From IMG/VR virus record IMGVR_UViG_3300018420_002445, positions 5,974 through 69,973 of that record: DNA of 64,000 nucleotides. One strand, written 5' to 3'. The position numbers were made by a program, and so were the translations under genes. This stretch comes from a virus. Below the pieces are notes generated by a model that had not been told where the DNA came from, made no database searches, and was given only the letters and a program-made list of their open reading frames with translations. Below, one piece after another: positions 27,930 through 39,900 of the stretch (the stretch's first letter is position 1; every line of letters starts with the position of its first letter).

Positions 27930-28883
27930 TTATGAGCCGGATACTGAACCTGAGATCGAAGGTGTTCCCCACGATGCAGATAAGTATGTAGTCTCAGGAA
28001 GTTGAACAGTACATGTAACAGCACTACCACTAGTTGCTACTAAGTCATTAGGAATCTCGTCCCAAACAGAGTAGATTGTGATAACTGATCCAGTGTCACC
28101 GTTAGATCCTTGAGCACCATTAGACTTAACAATATACCTAATGAATGATGACAAGTATCCTGAAGGACCTGAGTCTGCTAACTGTGTAAATGCAGTTGCG
28201 TTTGCTGTTGTAAGTCCAAAATATCCTTTGTCTGCGTCAACAGTAGGCGTATTACCACCACCACCGACTTTAGTAATACCAGAATATGATGAACCTGAAA
28301 TACTGATTGTACCTGAGTTAGGTGCAGATACAGTAACTGTTCCTGTGTCACTTGCTAAATCTGAGAAAAGCAAGTTAATACCTGAACCAGTTGGGTGTGA
28401 AGCAGTCATTTTGATTTGACCACCTGCGTTAAAGAAGTAACGAGCGGCATCTCCTGATGCGAATGTAACTGTATGAGTGAATGTAAGACCATTCTGCCAT
28501 GAACTACTACGTGTTGCTGTATCAGCAATCGTAGATCCTTGTGATGCGGCGTTTCTTCTGTTAGTGTAAATTGTTGTTAAGTTTGTAGGGATCGCAGACA
28601 AATATGATACAGTTCCACCCGATGTAGGTGCAGTAACTGAAGTGATTGATGACCCTTGATGTGATGCAGACGATGCAGTATTAGTTACAAGAGCATTCCA
28701 TTGTCCTGTTGCAACTACAGTGTCTCCGCCACTTACTTGTGATACAGCAGTTTGTCCGTATCCAGCAGTTGTGCCACCAGTTGACCAAACAGTGTTTAGT
28801 TTGTTTGCTCCGGTTTCTGGGTTACCCCCGACAAATCCATTGAAGTCTGTTGCTTCGATTAAACCATTTTGTGCGTAACTCAT
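27930..28883 (-). CDS. Putative virion structural or fibre-associated protein, Ser/Thr/Gly-rich
   Basis: Composition, FASGDAARYFFNAGG motif and position next to the tail-fibre gene. Confidence 0.6.
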   Translation of the reverse strand: MSYAQNGLIEATDFNGFVGGNPETGANKLNTVWSTGGTTAGYGQTAVSQVSGGDTVVATGQWNALVTNTASSASHQGSSITSVTAPTSGGTVSYLSAIPTNLTTIYTNRRNAASQGSTIADTATRSSSWQNGLTFTHTVTFASGDAARYFFNAGGQIKMTASHPTGSGINLLFSDLASDTGTVTVSAPNSGTISISGSSYSGITKVGGGGNTPTVDADKGYFGLTTANATAFTQLADSGPSGYLSSFIRYIVKSNGAQGSNGDTGSVITIYSVWDEIPNDLVATSGSAVTCTVQLPETTYLSASWGTPSISGSVSGS

Positions 28884-28899
28884 GTTAAGTATTCCCTAA

Positions 28900-30117
28900 T
28901 TATTTAATAGTAACAATGGCTTCTACTGTGCCAAAGTCTGTTGTTGTTTTATCTTCTAATGCTCTACCAATAACATTAAAAGCAGATGCTTCTCCGTCTT
29001 CAGCGGCTCTTGCATAACCTTCTCCAGCACTTACAAGTCGTTGACCTTTACGTACTGTTCCTAATGTTTTCACTCGTACACGTCCTGTCATTGCAACAGC
29101 AGGGTGAGTATCATTGTCACCTGCGCCGTTGTTCATTAAGAACGCCATGTTATCAGAGATAACACCGAATACGTCTTCACTTAATTCATATTTAACAGCA
29201 GTAATTTCTGCACTGCCGCCTAATTCTACAACTGTACCAGGCTCATATACATCATCAGCACTAAATCTTTCCGCTAAGTCAGCATATGTTGCTGTAAGAC
29301 GAGAACCTGTTGATAGAGTCCAATTACCTGTAATTGTACCTGCTGTTGTGTTTGCACCAGTTGTTAATGTTGTTGCTTGAGTTTGTACTGTTAAAATATT
29401 ACCGTTATATGTTGGTAAATATGAGGCTACGTTTGAGTTACTGTATGTACCTGCAAATGAGATCGGATCTCCGTTTGCATACATGTATTTGTCAGTTCTG
29501 ATACCATACAAGTTACCAGAATTATTAATGTATATACCACCTGTATCTAGCAAAAGAGCAGAAGCATTTGCACCAGTATTACCTGTTACAGTCCAAATAC
29601 CTGTTAATGTGCCAGGTGTAGTTGCTGAACCTGTTGTAATTGCTGTTGTTGTTAGTGTACCGATGTTTGCTGTTGTTATACTAGCATCTGCAATAGTTGC
29701 ATTTGCTGATATTGTTAAATATCCTGCTGTAAATGCATTTGCTGTAACTTCGTTTGTTGCTGTAAAATTGTTTGCTGTTGCATTGCCTGTTATGTTGACT
29801 GATCCGAATGTTGTATTACCACCTGATGCTGTTGAAGTCAATGACAACCAGGCTAAACTATTTGATTCGCCGTCAGTTGGGCAAACTTTTAACGTAGTGT
29901 CAGATGTGTCGTACCAAATTTGACCTCTAAGAGGATTAGCAGGTGGAGTGCTGTCTGCAAAATTCTCAGTTACATGGACAAAGTTAGTATCTAAAGACTG
30001 GCCATATCCTGCGTAGTTTCTACCAGGAAGACCTAATGAAGTACTACTTGTATTAATAGTACCGTCGGCAATGGTCGTTAAGACTGTCCCATCACTTTTT
30101 ACAATTGTATATGCCAT
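28900..30117 (-). CDS. Tail fibre-like protein with a C-terminal autocleaving chaperone-like domain
   Basis: N-terminal LPGRNYAGYG...NF...ENFA...PLRGQIWYD, Thr-rich beta repeats, and C-terminal YADLAERF...GVIS...MN...VAMTGRVRVK...VIGRALE. Confidence 0.7.
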   Translation of the reverse strand: MAYTIVKSDGTVLTTIADGTINTSSTSLGLPGRNYAGYGQSLDTNFVHVTENFADSTPPANPLRGQIWYDTSDTTLKVCPTDGESNSLAWLSLTSTASGGNTTFGSVNITGNATANNFTATNEVTANAFTAGYLTISANATIADASITTANIGTLTTTAITTGSATTPGTLTGIWTVTGNTGANASALLLDTGGIYINNSGNLYGIRTDKYMYANGDPISFAGTYSNSNVASYLPTYNGNILTVQTQATTLTTGANTTAGTITGNWTLSTGSRLTATYADLAERFSADDVYEPGTVVELGGSAEITAVKYELSEDVFGVISDNMAFLMNNGAGDNDTHPAVAMTGRVRVKTLGTVRKGQRLVSAGEGYARAAEDGEASAFNVIGRALEDKTTTDFGTVEAIVTIK

Positions 30118-30148
30118 TTTCTAATTCACTCCGTTAATATTATTTATC

Positions 30149-30769
30149 TTAAATGGTAACTAAATTAGTTAGAGATTGTATCCTAACCGTGTAATCTATC
30201 TGTATTTGCCTATTCAAGGACTTTTGGACAGGGTGAAAGATTACATGAGTTAAAAGTCTTGTAATTACGTTCCCGTTTGCGTCTGTTCCGTAGTTTGCTA
30301 ATAGCCCTAATTCATCAAATATGAAGTTGGAATCAGTTTGCGTACTATTATCAAATGCGGCTTGTCCTGCAGGTTCTCCATAATCTAGTAAACATTGTAC
30401 TAAGATATCTGTGTACACACGACCTGTTGTGTGAAACACTGTCATTTTATTTCTTGTTGGGTCTAAGTTAAAAACACTTGTATCGTCTACAATTTTTGCA
30501 TATGTTTGGTTATATAATGCCGCATTTTGACCCGTAGTATTAGGTGGTAGATATGTAATCACACCTGTTTCATCAACAGAGGCTCCACCATTACCGAATG
30601 CCATTTGATATATTTCACCATAACCTCTACTAGACAATGTATCAGCAATTGCTTCTGACATGTTTTCGTAGTTAATTGCGTTCTTTGCTTCTTGTAAAAT
30701 TTCGCCGGTGTTATAGTCTCTGATCGTCAGGAACCCTTCCATTTTTAGAATTTGTTGATCACCGGACAT
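30149..30769 (-). CDS. Putative baseplate / structural protein
   Basis: MAFGNGG, FDELGL and THVIFHPVQKSLNR; lies in the structural operon. Confidence 0.55.
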   Translation of the reverse strand: MSGDQQILKMEGFLTIRDYNTGEILQEAKNAINYENMSEAIADTLSSRGYGEIYQMAFGNGGASVDETGVITYLPPNTTGQNAALYNQTYAKIVDDTSVFNLDPTRNKMTVFHTTGRVYTDILVQCLLDYGEPAGQAAFDNSTQTDSNFIFDELGLLANYGTDANGNVITRLLTHVIFHPVQKSLNRQIQIDYTVRIQSLTNLVTI

Positions 30770-30909
30770 TAACTATCTCCTCGCACTTGCACTAATACTT
30801 CTTCAGTATTAGGATCAGTGATTTTAAGGCTTGAAGAAAAGTAAATTCCACTGTTTTCATTGGGTTTTACTTCTTTCGGCTCTTGGTTCTCTGATTTATT
30901 ATCGTTCAT
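30769..30909 (-). CDS. Uncalled 46-aa protein
   Basis: MNDNKSENQEPKEVKPNENSGIYFSSSLKITDPNTEEVLVQVRGDS*. TAATG overlap with the next gene; GATAAATA box 5 nt upstream. Confidence 0.7.
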   Translation of the reverse strand: MNDNKSENQEPKEVKPNENSGIYFSSSLKITDPNTEEVLVQVRGDS

Positions 30910-30924
30910 CTCTTTATTTATCAT

Positions 30925-33900
30925 TTACGTTATATCCGTATGTAGAAATTGTGCAGGAACAGTTTCTGATATTGATAATGGATCTCCTTCTACTGTATTA
31001 AAGTTATAAGAGTTCCAACTTTGATCAATATATAAGTCAGGTAAGCGGTTATTGCTTAATAAACTGAACACTTCTGTATATTTTGCAATGTATTCTTGGA
31101 CTGCTGTGCCGTTTGCGCCGCGTTGTAATCCAGTTACTGAATTATTATTAAAGTCTACACTACTAAATTTAATTTGCTCTCCATTAATATACAACACATT
31201 ACCTTCTAATGATGTAATTGTCAATGAATCTCCTGCAGAAATATATGTACCATCTGTGATTTTTAAGATAGGTGCAAGTTCTTCAATAACAACTTCATAT
31301 GTATCAGTGTCTAATGTGTTTCCAGTAGTATTATTTAGAACAGTTACACCACTCAAAATGTTTTTGTCTGAGTTTAGTCCAATTGAATAGATATTGTTGA
31401 TCGGAGTAGGTGCAGTTCTTTCTTCTACTAAATTATCAGTCACTCTAGTTACATCACCTAAGTAAATTACTTGTGATAGAGGGAAGATAGGTTGTGCTAA
31501 CCAAGTTCTACTTTGAGTATTTGCTCTATAAATTGACTGAGTACTCTCTGCATTCACTGCATTTAAATAAATTTCTTCGTCAGGTGTTGAGTGCGGTATC
31601 ATATTGGTTATAACAACAACATCACCTGGTGCAATGTCGGTTAAAAGACTTACTTCATTGTCTTCATCTAGTCTTAGTCTACTTGTTGGTAAACGGTAAC
31701 CATTAACTGTAACCCAAAGTCTTTCAACATTTGTTTGTTCCCATTGTGTTACATTCATAACACCTGTATCATTAGTCAAAGACACTTCAACAGTTGCATT
31801 TCTAGTCAAGCCAACAGTAAATTCAGTATTGCTTAATATTTGCTTGATATAATAAGTCGTACCCTGTATTAATCCACCTAATACTGAAGAACCTGCTACT
31901 TGTCCTTGTTGTGAGAATATAACTTCATTATTAACAACAAGTTGACTTGTATCTTGGCATGTGATTCTATTTGTAGTTGCTGTTGCAGTTGCTTGTGTAG
32001 TAACTAAGAAGAATGTTCCTTGTTTCCAAACATAACCACCTGATATATATGTTGATACACCAGTAACTGGGTAATTGACTGCATCTAATGCTGGATTGTA
32101 TACTTGTGTATAAATTTCAAATCTATATTGATCGAACACTCTTGCATAATATGAGTTACCGTTCAATTCAACAGCACCATATACACCATCAATTTTTACT
32201 AATTGATCAGTTGCTAATGAGTGAGGAATACCCGTTGTAATTCTTGTTGTTGGGTTACCTCCTACTGTTGTAACCATTAACCCGGTTGCTGTAGATAATA
32301 CAACTTGTGCACCTGTTTGATCTTTAATAGTTGCAGTTGTAGCATCTATAACATTTTCTACAAAGTAAACTTGTCCTTGTTCTAGTCCACCAAAGTCATT
32401 TCCTTGGAAATAAATTTGTTGATCAACAGCAAAACCTGTTGTAGAATCAAATGTAATTTCATTTGATGTCGCGGTTGTAGCAGTTGCCTGAACAACAGCA
32501 AGAGGATTTTCTTGTCCAGTTTCGATGTTTGTAATATTTGCGACTGTGATAGCATTTGAACTACCTACCATTGATCCTGTATCAGTTGTCACTGTAACTG
32601 GAGTACCGCCTACTTGTAATGAAATTGTAAACGTAGTTGCATCAATAATCTCTAAGATATAATATGTTACACCTGCTGTAATACCACCTATAGTTGGATT
32701 AGAGAATACAATTGGTTCGTCTTCCGCTAAGACCGATGTGTCAGCACATGTTAAGTAATCTAATAATTCATCATACAAGACAACTGTAGGTGTATCTTGG
32801 TCGTATGTCTCTACATCAGGAGTATCTTCGTCAAATGTACCTTCTAAATGAGTAGTTGCTGTAACTGTAATAGTCGTAAATGAACTGCCTGATGTACCTG
32901 AAATACCGTATTGTGTTGTTAGATATTGTCTTTCAGTATTATTATATGTTAAGACAGAAACTTTTGCTCCAAGTGCGGGAGGTGAATTAAACAGAACTGT
33001 GTTTGATCCGTCATCGATAGTATATGACGTATTTGTTTGTCGCAGACCATCGATTTCAACAATTGCGTTGTGTGGATTGTCTCCTCCATTGTAATTGTTC
33101 ATTGGGAAGGATGCTTGTGATCCATTACCAACATATTCTTGTATTTCTGGTAGAGAGTATCCGTACTGTGATGGATCTCCTGAATCTCCAAATATTGTGT
33201 AAACAATGTAATCGTCAGCATTGTTATAGCCACTTGGATTTGCTAGTACAAGTTCTGCTTGTATACCATTTGGCTGTATGCCTATTGCATAATCATTAGT
33301 TACATAAGATGAGATTCCTGCTGAATCAGTTAAAGTAACAGCAGGGCCACCGTCAGTTTCTGAAATTGTAAATTCATTGTTATCTATAATTGATTCAATA
33401 TAATAAACAGTATTTGGTGTAATATCTGAACCAAACATATCTGCCGCAAATTGTATTCTGTTACCCACAGATAAACCTAATGTAGTGCCTGTCGTAATCG
33501 CATTATTAGATGCTTTAGTTTTACTTACAGTATTTGTCAAACCTAATACTAATCTATTACCATTGTGATATACGAGAGGATCAGTCCATACTGTACCTGT
33601 TCCGGTTTGAACATTAACAAGCATAGATCCAGTTGCATCAGTTAACGATTTAATCGGACCTGCTAATCCTGTACTTGAATCATAACTTTCTGATATTGTA
33701 ATAGAATTTGTTGCTGTAGAAATAGACTTAACATAATAAGTTGTGTCTTCTGCTACTCCGCCGAATACTACTCCTTGGAATGATATTGCTTCGTTTGCTG
33801 TAAATTTAGTTACACTTTCACATACAATCGTATCACCTGCGGCAATAGTTTCAATTGCTTCTACTTCAATTGCATTTGACCCGGGTCTGATTGCTCCTGA

Positions 33901-36900
33901 ACCCTGGAAGAATGATGCACTATAATTACAGTTTAAATAGATGTCGTTAAAGCCTGTTGATGCAATTTCTCTAATAGGATCAGTATCAGTATTACCTTTA
34001 ACTATTTGATTACCATTACCTACTTCATAAACATCTATACGCAATGATTCTTTTGGTGCAAATGATAGTGGAGTATTCAACGTAATTACTTTTGTAACCC
34101 AATTAATAGAGTATTCACTTGTTGCTAATCCAGTTCCTAAACCAGTTGCTGGATCAATGATTTGTATTGACATATCTATTGGATATTGAACAAACTGATC
34201 AAAACTATAATCAACTTGGAATTCAGTTGTAGGTGCAACAACTCTACTTACAACATTAAATCCTGTATGAGAATATTCAGTTACGTCCCAAACTGTGCCA
34301 GGACGAGTAACTACAGTTAAGTTTACATTGTCTTTAATTAGACCCGGCACTAATTCTTCTGGACCGTAACCAGATGTAAAGTCTTCGCCTTTAACATCAT
34401 AAACAGGTGCTTCTACTGTAAATGCACTTGTCGATGTCCAAGTAACACCTGAGTCTGTAGATTGTAAAATAGTATTGTTGTCACCAACAACTATAAATGT
34501 GTCTGTTTCAGATGCATATGTAACGCCATTCAAGTCTTGTGTTGTACCTGATGTTTGTGTTGTCCAACGTAAGCCATTTGTTGATGTTTGAATTCTACCG
34601 TTATCTCCAACTGTCATCCAAATACTATCAGCATAAATCACATCACGCAAGTTATCTGAATTTGCATCATACAAATACATTCTTGCTTGTAATGGAATAA
34701 CATCATCTACTAATGTTACTTGTGATGTTAGTCCTGAATCAGTATATATTTCTACTTGTGTAGAACTTACAATGTTTATATAATAAGTTGTATCTACTAA
34801 CAATCCACCGAATGAATTAGTAACTCTAATAGGATCTGCATTTACAAACCCGGCTGTGTTAGTGATGTTAAGTTCGTTAGAAGATTCATTTATAGATACG
34901 ATTCCTACTTCATTAATTCCTGTCCAGTCGCCGCCGTTAGATGTTTGATACTTAACATCATTTTCACCAACTGCAATTGCAATTGTGCCGTTACTTGCTA
35001 CGCCATACAATCCGTTTGGAGTAAGTTGAGGTCCGTCTTGCCAATACTCTCCAGTTGGTTCATATGAGTATGCAATAATATTAGTATCGATTAATTCTGT
35101 TATTCCAGTTGAGTAATCATATTTTTTACCTTTACCAACTGCAATAAATCCGCCAAAGTCTGTAGTGTCAATTGAATTGACTCCGTATAAAGTTACTGCT
35201 AATGGTGTGTCATATGTTTTTCTTTCTGACCATACATATGTATCAGGAGAGTTTACAATACTATCTCCAACACTGACATAATAATTATTTCTATATGCTG
35301 TACTTTGTAACGACAACGCCGCAATAGATAATGATGTTGATGAATATGGTGTTGTATCATATGGTAACGCACCATACGGTGTAAACCAACCGTTTGTTGT
35401 CCATGTAACACCATCGTTTGATCTGTAAACTGGTGTTGCAGTATTTGTAGTTGTCATTACATATAAACCACCACCATATACTATATCAGTTGCATCAACA
35501 ACAATATTTGAAATTTGTTTTGTTGACCAACTTTGTCCATTGATAGATGCAATAACACCTGAATACTTGTCAAAATTAGCAGATGCTATATAATTAATTC
35601 CGTTCCATAAAACACCTGTAATTGAAACTCCTGTTGGATAGAACGGCTCATCTTTTAATATAGTGTCTATTGCAAACTGATCTTCAGGTGCAAATGCATT
35701 ACCTAAATAAACTGCATTTGGATATGTTGTTCCTGCAAATAATTGATTTAAATCAACGCCTGGCATATTGATATTAGGTTGATAATAGCCTTCTACTCTG
35801 TCAAGTGCATTTAAAATTCTATTGTCTGATCTTAATTCTTCCCACTTACCAATAACAAACTCTGGGTCGTTGTTAGAAATAACACAACGATAAACCCTAT
35901 CTAAGTATTTGATAATAGACTGATTAAAGTAGAATGGTTCTGGTAAGAATGCATAACTACCTGGTTTAGATAAAGTAAGACCTGTAATAGAAACTGTTGT
36001 AATTACATTGACCGCAGTACCACCTGGGTTTGTTGATATTGTAATTTCATTTGTGCTTGTATCAATTGTTTTAATGTAGTAAGACGTTGATACTTCTGCA
36101 TCGATTGAATTGCTCGGTATTGTTCCTGCAAATATTACTTCATCATTTAATGAAAATCCAGTTACATCTGTTAATGTAATTGAATCTGTGCCCGATGTGC
36201 AACCTGTTACATCAGTTGTTGTAAATCCATTAAAGTCAAATCCGATACCAGTAACTGGCACAGTCATTCTTGCATCTGAATACACTTCTAATTGATTTTG
36301 ACTTATAACTTTTAAATAATAATCTGTTGTAAGATCGTTGGGTTCACCTGATACTATCAAACTTGTAATTGCGCCGTCATCGTCAACCTCATTGACTTGC
36401 AAAGTAGCATCATTGAGAGGAGATGTTCCTCCTAATTCTGTTCCTGCAATAGTGATAATATTATCGATTGCATATCCTTCACCTGCATTTGATAAAATTA
36501 CTCTATAACCACCTAATTTATATCCTATATCAAAGATTGCATCTGTTGTTGGTGCTTGAGATAAACTAAATGTAGTGTTCGTGTCTGATACAGTAACATC
36601 TTGTGTTCCACCTGATGTTGTTGATAATCTAATCCAAGGGTTACCAGTACCAATCATTGGACCATTGTCATTTTGTAATACAAATGTGCTTCCGCCTACG
36701 AGTTCTGAGATTGTAAATTGAGTTGCATTATCAATCGACTTGACATAATACTCATCTCCAACTATAATATTACCTAAACCGACACCCGTAAATGTGATCG
36801 GCATGTTTACCCATAGTGAAGAAGTATCTGCACATGTAATTCTATTTGTACTTGATGAAGTAGATGTACAATCTACACTTATGTATGTACTTTCATCTCC

Positions 36901-39900
36901 GTCTGTTGAAAAATCAAACAAGTAATATGTTACACCAGTAGAAAGTCCTGATCCGCCTGGAACAGAATTAAAGACAATAGGCATCCCGGCATAAAAATTA
37001 AATGTTCCTTTGTCTTGGTCACTTAATGCAATTCTGTTGTCTGTGCCTTGTGCGTTGTCACCTGCAATAGTAGCATAACATGTTCTATCAAGTGTATTTG
37101 TTAACACTCCTGTATTGATGTCTGTATAGTATGCAGACGTATTATACATTGTAAACTTCTGGCCGTCAACCTGACCCGGTGATACGGGAAGTGAAACGTG
37201 CATTAACATAGAACCAGTTGCTGTACTTAATTCTACTGTATCTTTCTGATTGGTTAATAATGCTGAGCCTGTTGTTACTGTAGATAAGGTTAGTGGCGAT
37301 ACGTTTACACTAACTCCAATTTTTAATTCAGTTGTTGACACAATTTCATTTACATAGTATACTGTACCTGATGTAATTCCGCCAAAGTCTGTAATTTTAT
37401 TACCACTTGCATCCAGCATCATATTAAATATAACTGGATCATTTACTGAGAAGCCTGTAGTGTCAGCAACAGTAATAACATCTGTGGTAGCAGTTGTAGC
37501 ACTCACTGTGGTTGTCAGAGCCGTTTCTGTAGTACCTAACGTGATTGTTTGCTCGTCTACTACTGTTGTTACATAGTATACATCATTTTCTTCTATGCCG
37601 CCAAATACGTCACCAGTAAAGAATAATGAAATGCCTTGATAAAATCCATCAGTGCCGCCTGTACCTACAACACTTTGTGGAATAGTAACTTTGTTAGTAA
37701 CTGCTTCTGTTGCTGTTGCTGTCAGTAAGCCTGGGTAATTAAGAGTAACTACTGCTGTATCCGTGACTTCACCTGCATATGCAAACATACCTGCACTTGG
37801 TGCAGTTGCATCTGGTAGAGTTTTAACTGCTCCACCGGGTGTTTCACTGATTGTAAAGTCTGTTACATTGACAACAGACTCTACATAATAGACTTGCTCA
37901 TCAACAATGCCACCGATTACTGCTCCAGTAAATTTAATTGGCATACCTACATAAAAACCTATAGTTGAGCCTGATGCATTAAGTTCACCATTGTTTTCAT
38001 CGTAAGGATCTAATCTAATAAGATTGCCTGTTGCTTCTGTTAACTCTACTGTGCGTTTAAATTCTGTATAATAAACGTCATTATCATTAGTAACATTAAC
38101 TATTTCAAAAATTGCACCTTGGGCTGATGCAGATATGTCTGCTATCGGCGGTTGTGTTGCTTGTAATGAGATAGACGAACTTGAAACGTTTTCACTGTTA
38201 AAATAAGACCCTGCAAAGAATGAACCATAAAAAACATTTGCTTCCCAATCTAAAATTTGGCTAGTATAAGTTGTTCTATCAAAACGGATTGCAATTTCAT
38301 TTTCTCTTGTAGGTACTGAACTTGTAATTGCAGATGCTTTTGCACCCAAATTAAGAGCAAAGTCACCGTCTGTATTTCCTGCACTAAGTTTTACTCTATT
38401 TGTTTCATTAACTGCATCATCATAACTAGTATACAATCCAACTATAGTTGTTGGAGTTGTTTCTAATACATTGATGTAGTACCATTGTCCGTTGACTAAT
38501 CTATCTACTGAGGCTCCAGTAGTACTATCATCTTTATATTGTATTAAATTACCAGTTTGCAAACTTGGTGCAAACAATTTAATCGTGTGCAACGTAGAGT
38601 TAATATCATCATTAGTAAAGAAATATTGCTCTGCTGGTGCAATTCTAATTTCTGGTAATACAGCATACCCTTCTCCGGGATTTATTACGTTCACACTGAT
38701 TACACTATCAACACTCATTACTGCTTCAAGTTCTGCTTCAACTCTTGGTGCTGGATATTTTTCTAAATCAATGTATGCTGTTATCTTGGGCGGTTCTATA
38801 TAATTTTTTCCACCGTCAAGTATTACCACTGCAGGCAAATCAATAATAATTTTTGCGCCAGGTAAATGTGTAGTCGGAGTAGTTCCGTTTAAGCCTCTTT
38901 GTAATCCACCAAGAGTATTTAAAGCACGATCAACAAAAGAGTAACTTATAATTTCGTCATCTATTTGTATTGTGCCGTTAATCGGGAAACCCTGAGCATT
39001 ATCTACCATTATTAAAACTGAACCAATTGTCATATATTCATTTAATTCAGTTATTTCGTAATCTGTTTGTCCAACTATAGATAATCCATAGTTGTTATAC
39101 CAATTTTGATATTGTTCTTTTTGCCATATGGCGTCAGTTGGTAAGAATTCATTTGTTCCGTCAACGTTTTCGTATACTAATTGAGGAGAAATATAAGATT
39201 GAGTTGACTCATTCCATTCAGCAGGTAAATCAAAGTCTGTTATGTTTCCTGCATATGTATCGATACCGGTATACTTAAATAAGAAGTCTTTAATTACTAC
39301 ATGATAGGGTTTTGCTTCATTAATATACCCAGACAAGAACTCTTGGTTGTCTTGTTGATAATTCTGAATTGGTTTTAGTTCTCTAATAACATGAGATACA
39401 TCTACTAACGATGTTTTATTCAACCAAGGTAAATAGTTTTGTGATTCATCTGTTTCACTTTGAATATATTCAAACAAAATAATTAATGACTTGTTTCTAA
39501 ATTCAACTAATTCATCAATATAAATTTGTTCGTTTAATGCACGAATAATCCAACGTGTTTCTTCACTTGGATATTCATCAAAATCTGTTGTGTCAAAGAA
39601 ATTATCTCCGAAACCTGTTTTGCCTGCGGCGTAGTCCCAAAGATATGTTTTAAATTGTATTGTTCCGTTTTCTAAACCTATACGAGTCCAAACACTGTTA
39701 CCATCGTAACGATACATTTCCCATTTACTGTCGCCGTTTGCTTCTACTGTAGCAATAGTGTTTATATCTACATTTAGTTTTGCAAGGTCTGCATAGGTTG
39801 CAACACTAACCGTTGATTTAGTATTGTTGTTATATTGTCCTACAGGGTTAGTTGTAGGTAACCACCAATTAACATACTGCCAATAATCTGCTGTGTCGTA

